Assembly (NCBI GenBank): GCA_017853605.1
Contig: JAFMJG010000001.1
Coordinates: 1-55,906 of the forward strand
Direction: 5' to 3'
DNA: 55,906 nucleotides
DNA from: a bacterium
Lineage (GTDB): Bacteria > Bdellovibrionota_C > UBA2361 > OMII01
Each line of letters opens with the position of its first letter. The stretch's first letter is position 1. Positions 26,986 through 35,288 of the stretch are shown here, one piece after another. The position numbers and the translations under genes were made by a program. The notes under the pieces are model-generated. The model searched no databases and had not been told where the DNA came from. It saw only the letters and a program-made list of their open reading frames with translations.

Positions 26986-27498
26986 GAACGGCTTAAGCAG
27001 TTGGCGTTTTGGGGCGAGAGCTCCCCGTCAGAAGGTTACGATCAATGGCGCTTTGTAAAAAGTGCCGGAACTTCTGCTGGCCATGCCGTGCGCGTCAACC
27101 GACCCCCGCGCTGCGGGACGACCAGGGGATCTCTGTAAGCAGGGCTGGCACGCGGGTTTTTAAACTAACGCCGCGGCGCACGGCAGCTCTTGCCGCAGGC
27201 CCTGGATGCCAACGTGCTGCCATGACTAATTTTGGCAACGTTTACGGGATCATAGGGGCAAGGCACCAATCGGGTGGCCACGCACCCTGCCATGTTCTAG
27301 GGGCCCTACAGCAGCCTCTCTCCAGGGCAGGGAAGCTTTGCCGTAGCACCACTCATCTTATCAAGTCGTACCACCCTGCCCAGATATTTGTGCGGCCGTG
27401 AGCGAGGAGCCCGGCTGCGCGCAGCACGGGGGTGGGACTACGCAACGGAGAGCCTTTGGCAGCAACTGCAGCCGAGGGGCTCATCACCTTAGGAAGCT

Positions 27499-29232
27499 AT
27501 GGCGCTACCCAAGTTCTCTGTCGTCACCGTCTCGTACAATCACGGTGACTTCATCCGGCAGACGATCGAGTCGGTGCTCGCCCAGGAGTACCCAAACTTT
27601 GAGCACATCGTTGTGGATGGCGGCTCAAGCGACAACACGCTCGAAATCCTGCGCGAGTACCCGCACCTCAAGTGGTCGTCCGGTCCCGACCGCGGGCAGT
27701 CTCACGCCCTCAACAAGGGGTTCGCCGAGGCAACTGGCGATGTGATCGCATGGATTAACTCCGATGACTGGTACGCTCCGGGAGCCTTCCATGCGGTGGC
27801 CCAGCACATCGGCAAGCACCCGGTGGTTATGGGCGCCACGTGCGTCACTGACAGGGAGGGAAGAGCAACGCAAACTGTCGACAATATCGAGCGCTCCTGG
27901 TTCGATGCAATGAAGTACTGGGTGTACAACTCTGTCCCCGCCCAGCCAGGCGTGTTTTTCAGGAGGGATGTGCTGGAGGAGCTCAGCATCGAGCCGCTAG
28001 AGTGCTTTGACGAGGGTCTCTACTTCACGATGGACTACGACCTCTGGCTGCGGATGCTTGAGCGCCACCCGTTCTCCTTCCGCCTGCCGCAGACGGTGGC
28101 GTATCTTAGGAACTACGACACAAACAAGACCGGCGCGGACATGGCGGGCGCCTACCGCGAGATGTCGCGCGTCTATCGCCGCCACGCATCGCGCCGAATT
28201 CATCCCGAGCAGCAGCTCTCCTTTGTCGTCCCGCTGGAGCGGCCTGACAGGAGGCTCGCGGCGTTTGCGGAGGCTGTGGCCCTCCAGTCGCTCCCGTCGC
28301 TTGAGATCGTGGTTGTTGACTGCAGCGCCGATCGACATTCAGGCGCGGCGATACGGAAGCAAGTGGGAGAGCTCGGAGCGAAACTCCCGCGGGTCGCCTT
28401 CCAGCACGTTCCAGCGCAGGAGGGTAGCCCGCCCGGCGCTGCGCTTGCGCTCGATGCCGGCGTGCGTGCGGCGCGCTCGATGGTTGTGGCGTGCCTCGAT
28501 ATCCACAACGCACTGCCAAAGGACTTTGCCCTCAACGTGGCGAACTGCTTTTCGCGTGATGACCTCGGCGTGCTCTTCCCCAACCTTACTGACGAGGTGC
28601 GGGGCGCGCTCTTCACCCCCGTGCAGGGGGGGCTGATGTTTAACCCGGCAGGGCCTTTTAACCTCTCGCTTGCGCCTCTCGACATCGTCGTGCGCAAGCT
28701 AGCGTGGCTAGACTGCGGGGGGCTCTCCGTCCGCGAGGAGCTGCGCGAGAGCGATTACGGCCTCAAGCGGCTCCTGGTCATGATGGCCCACAAGGCGTGG
28801 CGCCTCTCAAGCGAGGCCCTTTTGCCGTGTTCGCCCTCTCGGGAGCAGTGCCGAGGCGAGGAGCCCTTTCGGCTCTACGTAAACTCATCAGTGGTCGACG
28901 AGGTCGCGCGCGAGCTGCGCTTCAGCCCCTTCTCTGTCCTGCGCGCGAAGAACGGCTTTGGCCTGGTTCTGCCCGATGATCTCTGGCAGGCCGCGCAGCG
29001 GGTGCTCGCTGAGCTTCCGGGCGGGCTTTCGACCGCGCTGCAGGCCGAATCGGCGCGAGGGCTTCAGGAGCTGGCATCCAAGCACCCCACGTTTGGGCCG
29101 CTGCACTTCTTCTTGGCACAGGCGCTTGAGCGCGAGGGGCGGCTCGAGGAGGCAGGGAGCGAGCGTGCGCGCTGGCGAGAGATTCGCGCGCGCGAGGAAG
29201 GTTCCCCTCTCTTTGGCGCCTCAAGCCGCTAG
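27499..29232 (+). CDS. Family 2 glycosyltransferase with a second GT-A-like half
   Basis: 'FSVVTVSYNHGDFIRQTIESVLAQEYPNFEHIVVDGGSSDNT' and 'WINSDDWY' form the first GT2 domain. A second GT-A-like start is 'LSFVVPLERPDRRLAAFAEAVALQSLPSLEIVVVDCSAD'. Confidence 0.75.
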   Translation: MALPKFSVVTVSYNHGDFIRQTIESVLAQEYPNFEHIVVDGGSSDNTLEILREYPHLKWSSGPDRGQSHALNKGFAEATGDVIAWINSDDWYAPGAFHAVAQHIGKHPVVMGATCVTDREGRATQTVDNIERSWFDAMKYWVYNSVPAQPGVFFRRDVLEELSIEPLECFDEGLYFTMDYDLWLRMLERHPFSFRLPQTVAYLRNYDTNKTGADMAGAYREMSRVYRRHASRRIHPEQQLSFVVPLERPDRRLAAFAEAVALQSLPSLEIVVVDCSADRHSGAAIRKQVGELGAKLPRVAFQHVPAQEGSPPGAALALDAGVRAARSMVVACLDIHNALPKDFALNVANCFSRDDLGVLFPNLTDEVRGALFTPVQGGLMFNPAGPFNLSLAPLDIVVRKLAWLDCGGLSVREELRESDYGLKRLLVMMAHKAWRLSSEALLPCSPSREQCRGEEPFRLYVNSSVVDEVARELRFSPFSVLRAKNGFGLVLPDDLWQAAQRVLAELPGGLSTALQAESARGLQELASKHPTFGPLHFFLAQALEREGRLEEAGSERARWREIRAREEGSPLFGASSR

Positions 29233-29239
29233 CAGCGCG

Positions 29240-29929
29240 CTACGCCGCTTGCTCAAGCCGGCCTGTGCCGAGCTCAAGGGCCGAGAGGATCAGCCCGTTC
29301 GCCTGGCGCAGAATCGGCACGCGCGTGACGGCAAAGAGCTTCGTGACGAGCGCCACTGTCAGCGACAGGAGCCGCTGCGTGTTGCGCTGCTGCGGAGATC
29401 GGTCGCTGATCCAGTACGACGTAATGCCCATCTGGTAGAGCCACAGGAGGCGCTGAAGGTGGGGCCTAAACTCGCCTGCCACCTTGAGGGTGCTGCCTTC
29501 AACAACGGAGCCCATGATCGCCATCGCGCGCTCGCGCATCGCTGCGCTCTCGCTGGAGAAGGGCGAGAGGGGGCTGCCGGGAATGAAGACGTGCCCTGCG
29601 AGGTGCCCGAGAAAGGGGCGGCACGGGGCGAGCTGGGCCAGCGCCTGGTCAATGGCGCCGCGCAGCCGCACAGCGAAGTCGGGGGTGGAGCGGGTGAGCT
29701 CGCGCACCCACGCCTCTGCTGCATCGAGCGTGGCCCCGTATAGTGCCAGCACGATCTCGTCCTTGGTGCGGAAGTGGTAGTACGTTGCGCCCACGGCGAG
29801 TGAGGCGCGGTCTGCTATATCGCGCATCGTGGTGGCCTCAAATCCACGCTCCTGAAAGAGGGCAAGAGCGGCATTGAGCACGGCTTGCCGGGTGCGTTTG
29901 GCCTTGGGGGTATTGCGCTCTGGAAGCAT
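29240..29929 (-). CDS. TetR/AcrR-family transcriptional regulator
   Basis: N-terminal HTH 'RTRQAVLNAALALFQERGFEATTMRDIADRASLAVGATYYHFRTKDEIV'. 229 aa. Confidence 0.8.
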   Translation of the reverse strand: MLPERNTPKAKRTRQAVLNAALALFQERGFEATTMRDIADRASLAVGATYYHFRTKDEIVLALYGATLDAAEAWVRELTRSTPDFAVRLRGAIDQALAQLAPCRPFLGHLAGHVFIPGSPLSPFSSESAAMRERAMAIMGSVVEGSTLKVAGEFRPHLQRLLWLYQMGITSYWISDRSPQQRNTQRLLSLTVALVTKLFAVTRVPILRQANGLILSALELGTGRLEQAA

Positions 29930-29979
29930 AAGAACAGCCGCAGCTCGTGGCGCTGGGGTAACGCCCAGCTTTTTGTGTC

Positions 29980-29993
29980 TTGAACGTGTTCAA
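29980..29993. promoter_or_regulatory. Inverted repeat TTGAAC-GT-GTTCAA, candidate TetR-family operator
   Basis: Perfect 6-bp arms, 51 bp upstream of the TetR-family start codon (29929) in the divergent intergenic region. Confidence 0.4.
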
Positions 29994-30089
29994 ATATAGT
30001 GCGCTGTCGCCTTCTGTAGGAAGGGATGATCTCATGCTGATGGCGCGCTGCGATCGGCAGGACCACGAGTCACTGCCAGAAATAGGCAG

Positions 30090-30104
30090 GTAACAAACTG
30101 TTAC
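30090..30104. promoter_or_regulatory. Inverted repeat GTAACA-AAC-TGTTAC
   Basis: Perfect 6-bp arms in the tetR/rpmH intergenic region. Function unknown. Confidence 0.25.
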
Positions 30105-30181
30105 AACAGCAGTTTTTCGCCGTCACCCTCGGGGCTCCAGCCGCTAGAGGGGCCGCCAGCTGTTGTTAGTGGTGCCCTTGG

Positions 30182-30210
30182 TTGACCCAACACTCCAAAC
30201 TATCTAGTAT
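30182..30210 (+). promoter_or_regulatory. Candidate sigma-70-type promoter for the rpmH operon
   Basis: TTGACC (30182-30187), a 17-nt spacer, then TAGTAT (30205-30210), about 28 nt upstream of the rpmH ATG. Confidence 0.4.
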
Positions 30211-30237
30211 TCGCGGGCTATTAATAGGTAGTTCGCT

Positions 30238-30402
30238 ATGAAACGCACGTATCAGCCCAGCAAGAAGAGCCGCGCTACAGCTCACGGTTTCCGCAAGAGG
30301 AAGGCCACCAAGGGTGGCCGCAAGGTTCTCAATGCTCGCCGAGCAAAGGGGCGCAAGCGCATCTCGATCAAGAAGCATCAGCGCAAGGGGCACTATCGCT
30401 AG
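30238..30402 (+). CDS. rpmH: 50S ribosomal protein L34 (with short basic C-terminal extension)
   Basis: Not in the ORF track because it is under 60 aa. My translation is '[54 protein letters not shown]'. It matches the L34 signature MKRT(F/Y)QPS...HGFR...GR.VL..RR.KGRK. AGGTAG lies 8 nt upstream. Confidence 0.9.
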   Translation: MKRTYQPSKKSRATAHGFRKRKATKGGRKVLNARRAKGRKRISIKKHQRKGHYR

Positions 30403-30406
30403 CCGA

Positions 30407-30766
30407 TTGTCTCACGGGCCTGAGGCCCGTTTGCGGAGGCGTTCTGACATCGCCAGGTGCCAGAACAACGGCGCCAAGATCCACTGTAGGCACTTCCTTA
30501 TTCTTTTCCTCGCGTCAGAGCAGGCAACGAGCCGTCTCGCCATCGCTGTTACCACAAAGCTTGAGAAGCGTGCCACGGTACGAAACATCATAAAGCGTCG
30601 TGTGCGCGAGGTGTTTCGCTCGGTGCGCGGCAGCTTTGCCAAGCCTGTGGACATGGTGGTGATCGCGCGTCGTGAGGTGCAGTCGTGCACCTTTGATGAC
30701 TACAAGCGGGAGCTGATCGGGGCGTGGCGGGGACAGGGTCTCTTGCCTAAGGGCAAGGAGCTGTGA
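30407..30766 (+). CDS. rnpA: Ribonuclease P protein component
   Basis: Lies directly after rpmH. '[27 protein letters not shown]...[26 protein letters not shown]' fits the RnpA RNR-motif region. I propose the in-frame TTG at 30407 as start, because the track ORF from 30314 overlaps rpmH. Confidence 0.75.
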   Translation: MSHGPEARLRRRSDIARCQNNGAKIHCRHFLILFLASEQATSRLAIAVTTKLEKRATVRNIIKRRVREVFRSVRGSFAKPVDMVVIARREVQSCTFDDYKRELIGAWRGQGLLPKGKEL

Positions 30767-31041
30767 GCCAGACCGCCCCTCCGCACAGCGCCGGCTGTTG
30801 CAGCGCCGCAGGCAGCTCCCCGTGCGCAGCGCGCCGTCCGGTGGCGCGCGCCGTGCACACCCTCTACAAGGCAACGCTCTCGCGCCTCTTTGGCAATGCA
30901 TGCCGCTTCACGCCCAGCTGCTCAGACTACGCCCTTGAGAGCGTTGAGCGCCACGGCTGGCTCAGGGGGAGCTGGCTCGCTGCTCGCCGGCTCTGCCGCT
31001 GCCACCCGTTGCATGGCGGCGGGCACGACCCCGTGCCGTAG
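30763..31041 (+). CDS. yidD: Membrane protein insertion efficiency factor YidD
   Basis: '[46 protein letters not shown]' is the YidD signature. GTG start overlaps the rnpA stop (GTGA). Confidence 0.85.
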   Translation: MSQTAPPHSAGCCSAAGSSPCAARRPVARAVHTLYKATLSRLFGNACRFTPSCSDYALESVERHGWLRGSWLAARRLCRCHPLHGGGHDPVP

Positions 31042-31204
31042 CGTGCCGCCGCACGGCGGCCCCGTGCCCGCCGCTGCGCGCTGTTTTTTAAGCGACTTCT
31101 GGGCGTTGCCTTGATTTTGGGGGAGGCATTTCTTACAACAGGCTTCTGGGCCCCGTGCCGCCGGCTAGCCGGCTGGTGTGCGGCGCTTTCTTGTAAGGAC
31201 CTCA

Positions 31205-32941
31205 GTGCTCAACAACAACCAGGAACAGAACAACCGGACGCTGCAGGCGATCATCATCTGCATCCTCATTGCGATCTTGTGGTCGCAGTACACTGCTCCG
31301 GCAAGGAGGGCTCCGCCCGCGCAGCAGCAGGAGCAGCAGCAGGCCTCAGCAGAGAAGGGAGTTTCGCCGATTCAAGTGCAGCCGGGCGCTCCGGCAGAGG
31401 TCCCATCCCCAACGCCGCAGCCTGCCGCCTTGCACCCTTTGCGGGCCGAGATCGAAGGGTCGCCGGTGTCGTTTGTGCAGACAGGGGTATCGCAGGTGGC
31501 GATCTCGCACCTCGGAGCGCGCGTTGTGAGCGTGAAGCTTAACGACTACAAGGTGCAGTGGGGCTCGGACCAGGCGCTCGATCTCGTGGATAATCCGGAC
31601 GGGGCCGTGTTTCCGCTGGGGCTCTACGCAGGCCTTGAGAGCGATGAGAAGGTCGCCTACACCCTGCGCTCTGTGAACGGCGCGAGCCCTGCACAGCCGT
31701 CGGGCACCTTTGCAGTTCCAGAGGGGGCCCAGCTTGAGCTTGAGTTCTCTGGCACGCTCGCCAGCGGAGTCGCCGTCACAAAACGACTCACCTTCAAGCC
31801 TTCGTCATACCTCTTCTCAGTTGATGCGGCCCTCTCTCGGCCCCTTCCGGAGGGGCAGTACCTCTGGCTTGAGTGGTCCCACTACTATCCGGCTGGGCAG
31901 GAGAACCCGAGACTCAAGGTCACCCACATCACATACCTAGATGCAGCGGACAAGATTCGGCAGATTGCGCTCGCGGACGTCATCGAGGGCGTGCGGGGCT
32001 TTGGGCCCTCAAAGTGGGCATCGCTCGGTGACATCTACTTCATGTCCACCGTTATACCGTCGCAGCAGGGGGCCAACACCCTCATCGGCCGCGAGGGAGA
32101 GGTGTACCTCACCCGCGAGCCCGGCGGCCGCGAGGGGGGAAGGTTTAGCGTGTACGCCGGCCCCAAGGACTACAAGACCCTCCAGTACGTTGGTGATTTT
32201 CACCTAGAGAGGGCGATTGACCTCGGCTGGTTTAGCTTCCTGGCGCTGCCGCTCCTTTGGCTCCTGCACTACCTCTATCTGTACCTGCATAACTATGGCC
32301 TGGCGATCATTGCTCTGACGCTGATCGTTAAGACCCTCATGCTGCCGCTTTCGAAGGCGAGCTTCTCTTCGATGAAGAAGATGCAGGAGGTCCAGCCAGA
32401 GATAAAGGCGCTCCGTGAGCGCATCAAGGACCCGACCCAGCTCAACCAGGAGATCTTTGGGCTCTACCAGAAGCGCGGCATCAACCCGATGGGGGGCTGC
32501 TTCCCTATCGCTATCCAGATACCGGTCTTCCTTGGCCTCTACAACGCGCTGCTAAACTCCATTGAGCTGCGTCACGCCGGATTTGCGCTCTGGATCACCG
32601 ACCTCTCCGCTCCCGAGCGGCTTGAGCTCTTTGGGGTTGGGGTGCCCGTGATGGTGCTCCTGATGTCGGCCTCGATGATTCTCCAGCAGTGGACGACACC
32701 GAACCCATCGGCTGATCCGCAGCAGCAGAAGATGATGATGCTGATGCCGGTCGTTTTTGCGGGCATGTTCATCATCTACCCGATGCCCGCCGGGCTTGTG
32801 CTCTACTGGCTCGTCAACAACATCATCTCGATCACGCAGCAGGTCTACATGCGAAACACCGACAAGGGATCGGTGTATACGGCAACGCTCGTGACGAGCA
32901 TCCTCATCCTCTCGGCCGGGTATATCCTGACGCTGGTGTGA
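31205..32941 (+). CDS. yidC: Membrane protein insertase YidC
   Basis: N-terminal TM 'LQAIIICILIAILW'. Large periplasmic domain. Conserved core 'NYGLAIIALTLIVKTLMLPLS...MKKMQEVQPEIKALRE...GINPMGGCFPIAIQIPVFLGLY...PAGLVLYWLVNNIISI'. The GTG at 31205 has AAGGA 5 nt upstream; the track ORF opens at 31178. Confidence 0.9.
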   Translation: MLNNNQEQNNRTLQAIIICILIAILWSQYTAPARRAPPAQQQEQQQASAEKGVSPIQVQPGAPAEVPSPTPQPAALHPLRAEIEGSPVSFVQTGVSQVAISHLGARVVSVKLNDYKVQWGSDQALDLVDNPDGAVFPLGLYAGLESDEKVAYTLRSVNGASPAQPSGTFAVPEGAQLELEFSGTLASGVAVTKRLTFKPSSYLFSVDAALSRPLPEGQYLWLEWSHYYPAGQENPRLKVTHITYLDAADKIRQIALADVIEGVRGFGPSKWASLGDIYFMSTVIPSQQGANTLIGREGEVYLTREPGGREGGRFSVYAGPKDYKTLQYVGDFHLERAIDLGWFSFLALPLLWLLHYLYLYLHNYGLAIIALTLIVKTLMLPLSKASFSSMKKMQEVQPEIKALRERIKDPTQLNQEIFGLYQKRGINPMGGCFPIAIQIPVFLGLYNALLNSIELRHAGFALWITDLSAPERLELFGVGVPVMVLLMSASMILQQWTTPNPSADPQQQKMMMLMPVVFAGMFIIYPMPAGLVLYWLVNNIISITQQVYMRNTDKGSVYTATLVTSILILSAGYILTLV

Positions 32942-34323
32942 TGGACGGCTCAACGATAGCGGCCCTCGCAACGGCTCCGGCGCCCGCTGGCGTGGCGGTT
33001 ATTCGCGTGAGCGGCCCCCGCGCCAGGACCGTGCTCAACGAGCTCTTTCGCGGAAAGAAGGATCCCACAGCGCACCCGAGGCTGATGGCGTTCGGCGATA
33101 TCATCGACTTTGAGGGGGGCTCGGTCATCGACACCGGGCTCGCTGTCTTCATGCCTGGCCCGTGGAGCTTTACCGGAGAGGACGTCGCTGAGTTCCAGTT
33201 TCACGGCAGCCCGGTGCTTGTGCAGCGGGTGCTGCGCTCCCTCTACGCGTACGGGGTCCTGCCGGCGCCGGCAGGCGAGTTCACCAAGCGCGCCTTTCTC
33301 AACGGCAAGCTCGATCTCGCGCAGGCAGAGGCGATTGCAGACGTTATTAATTCCCGCTCCGAGGAGGAGCTGCGTTTCGCTGGCGAGCAGCTCAAGGGGC
33401 GCCTGAGCCAGGCTGTTGCCGGGATCGGCGAGCCGCTGCGCGACGCCCTCGCTGAGCTTGAGGCGGCCATCGACTTTCCTGAGGAGGACATCGAGCCGGA
33501 GCAGATTGGGCAGGTTTCTGCGCGTGCCGAGGTTGCGCGGGCGAAGGTGTCGCAGCTCCTGGCGACCTACTCCTTTGGGTCTATCGTCAAGGAAGGGGTG
33601 CGGGTGCTGCTCTGCGGGCCGCCGAATGCCGGCAAGTCGAGCCTCCTCAACCTGCTGGTCGGAAAGCGCAAGGCGATTGTGTCTCCTGTCTCAGGCACAA
33701 CACGGGACCTCATTGAGGAGGAGGCGTCGCTTGCGGGCCACAAGTTTGTGTTTTGCGACTCCGCTGGCATTCGGGAAACAGCGGATGAGGTCGAGCGAAT
33801 CGGCGTTGAGCTCGCCAGGGATCGCGTGCCGTGGGCTGACCTCGTGCTCCTCGTAGTTGACGCAACTGACACCGAGGGGGCTTGGAGAGGGACGCTGCGC
33901 GAGCTGCAGGATGCCAGGAAGAAGATCTGGCTGGTCGTTAACAAGGTTGACCTCAACCCGGCAGCGGTTGGCGCAATCGTGTGCGACTCGTCTGTCTGCC
34001 GCCAAAACTTTTACATCTCAGCAAAGACCGGAGCAGGTATTGGCCCCCTCCTTGAGGCGCTCGTTGAGGACGTGGCAAAGGAGATGCCCGACAAGGGGGA
34101 GGCCGGTGAGGTCATAACAAACGAGCGCCACCGGGACTGCCTGCGCCGCGCGGAAGGGGCGCTCGGGGCCTTTATCGATCAGGCCCAGGGCCGACGCGTG
34201 CCGCTCTCAATCCTCGTGGCTGACCTCAGGGAGGCGCTCGCCGCGCTCGATGAGATCGTTGGCAAGACCTACACTGAGGATATTCTCGGGCGGATCTTCT
34301 CGAAGTTTTGCGTCGGAAAGTGA
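32938..34323 (+). CDS. mnmE: tRNA uridine-5-carboxymethylaminomethyl modification GTPase MnmE
   Basis: 'TIAALATAPAPAGVAVIRVSG' N-domain. G1 'GPPNAGKSSLLN'. G3 'DSAGIRET'. G4 'NKVD'. C-terminal 'FCVGK'. The start overlaps the yidC stop. Confidence 0.95.
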   Translation: MMDGSTIAALATAPAPAGVAVIRVSGPRARTVLNELFRGKKDPTAHPRLMAFGDIIDFEGGSVIDTGLAVFMPGPWSFTGEDVAEFQFHGSPVLVQRVLRSLYAYGVLPAPAGEFTKRAFLNGKLDLAQAEAIADVINSRSEEELRFAGEQLKGRLSQAVAGIGEPLRDALAELEAAIDFPEEDIEPEQIGQVSARAEVARAKVSQLLATYSFGSIVKEGVRVLLCGPPNAGKSSLLNLLVGKRKAIVSPVSGTTRDLIEEEASLAGHKFVFCDSAGIRETADEVERIGVELARDRVPWADLVLLVVDATDTEGAWRGTLRELQDARKKIWLVVNKVDLNPAAVGAIVCDSSVCRQNFYISAKTGAGIGPLLEALVEDVAKEMPDKGEAGEVITNERHRDCLRRAEGALGAFIDQAQGRRVPLSILVADLREALAALDEIVGKTYTEDILGRIFSKFCVGK

Positions 34324-34346
34324 CCGCTGCACCACGGCGCGCCCTC

Positions 34347-35288
34347 TTAGGCCACCGTCCGCAGCCTATATGCGGATGTCGTCAGGAACACGGCGCTAGA
34401 GGGGATATCTACCTGCACCGGCGCGCCCCGCGAAAATCCAGACGCGTGCGCCGGAATCGTTTCCCCAACAAGCTCAAGGCTCGCATCAACATCAGCGCTC
34501 ATGAGGGGCTGGTAGATGATGCCCGCCAGGGCAACTGCCCCGCGGCAGAAGATGAGGGGCGCCCGCAAGCGCGCAAGCTCAGCAAGCCAGTGCCGGTGTG
34601 GCGTGCGCTGGTCGATGATGAAGGCCGCGTCACAGGGCGGGAGCGGATCGAGGGCAGCCGACGTGGATATGGGGCGGGCCTGCACTGCTCCGCGCGGCAG
34701 TATGGCGAGCTCCTCAAGCCGGGCAATGAAGCGCAGCCCGAGCTCAAGGCTCTCAGGGTGCGGATCGAAGTAGGTGACGCTGAATCCGCGGAGGCAGGAG
34801 AAAAATACGGCGGTAAATGGGATCGCCGATGGCCCGATCGCAACAATTCGCCCCGTTTTTGGAGGGCCATCAAGGCGCCTCAGCAGCTCAAGCTCGGCGG
34901 TGTAGCGCGGCACAGCCCACGCCATGGGGTAGCCGTGGAGGAGAGACTCAAAGGCCCGCTGCCTGGCCTCATCGGAGCCGCCTCCCGAGAGGTGAAACGC
35001 AACGCTCAGCGGGGCCGGCCGCTCAAGGAGCTGCTGGGCGCTGCGGCGCTCTAGGGCAGACTCGAGCGACTGGGCGAGTGTGCGGGAGCGCTCGGCAAGC
35101 GGCATGAGCTCTCCAGAGAGCGCCCGCACGAGGATCTCCTTTTCGCCATCAGGGCATGCGCGGTGCACGAGCCTCCAGAGCTGCCTGCAGCGCTTGATGT
35201 CCTCGCGCGCCTCAATGTGGGGCGCGACACGCTCAAGCGCAACGCAGAGCGCAGTGAGCTCTGTGCGGAGCTGGGCAACAGGGCTCAT
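34347..35288 (-). CDS. Hypothetical Rossmann-like protein; weak resemblance to nicotianamine-synthase-like (NAS/CntL-type) SAM aminobutyryl transferases
   Basis: 313 aa. Its ATG overlaps the upstream aminotransferase stop as ATGA. The block order is 'ELELLRRL...GRIVAIGPSAIPFTAVFFS...VTYFDPHPESLELGLRFI...CDAAFIID...PLIFCRGAVALAGIIYQPL...LELVGETIPA'. This parallels the NAS layout (LEyelL / VAFIGSGPLPLTS / NfDid / DVVFLAAL / RSAhGlRsfLYP / GFevl). The call comes from pattern recognition only. Confidence 0.4.
   Translation of the reverse strand: MSPVAQLRTELTALCVALERVAPHIEAREDIKRCRQLWRLVHRACPDGEKEILVRALSGELMPLAERSRTLAQSLESALERRSAQQLLERPAPLSVAFHLSGGGSDEARQRAFESLLHGYPMAWAVPRYTAELELLRRLDGPPKTGRIVAIGPSAIPFTAVFFSCLRGFSVTYFDPHPESLELGLRFIARLEELAILPRGAVQARPISTSAALDPLPPCDAAFIIDQRTPHRHWLAELARLRAPLIFCRGAVALAGIIYQPLMSADVDASLELVGETIPAHASGFSRGAPVQVDIPSSAVFLTTSAYRLRTVA

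Noticed and set aside
27146-27161. TGGCACGCGGGTTTTT as a sigma-54 promoter for the GT2 gene.
   Set aside because: The -24 box is perfect, but the essential -12 GC dinucleotide is missing (TTTTT). The site is about 340 nt from the start codon. It is mentioned only within the intergenic finding.
27009-27401. A 130-aa ORF in the long dsbD/GT2 intergenic gap containing 'CKKCRNFCWPC' (two CxxC motifs, zinc-ribbon-like).
   Set aside because: The rest of the ORF is Arg-rich and non-protein-like, and I see no Shine-Dalgarno sequence. Chance CxxC pairs are easy to obtain from GC-rich sequence. The gap itself is kept as a finding; the ORF is not called as a gene.
29930-30237. Replication origin next to rpmH.
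   Set aside because: There is no dnaA gene, no TTATCCACA/TGTGGATAA boxes, and no AT-rich 13-mer cluster in this region or elsewhere in the window.
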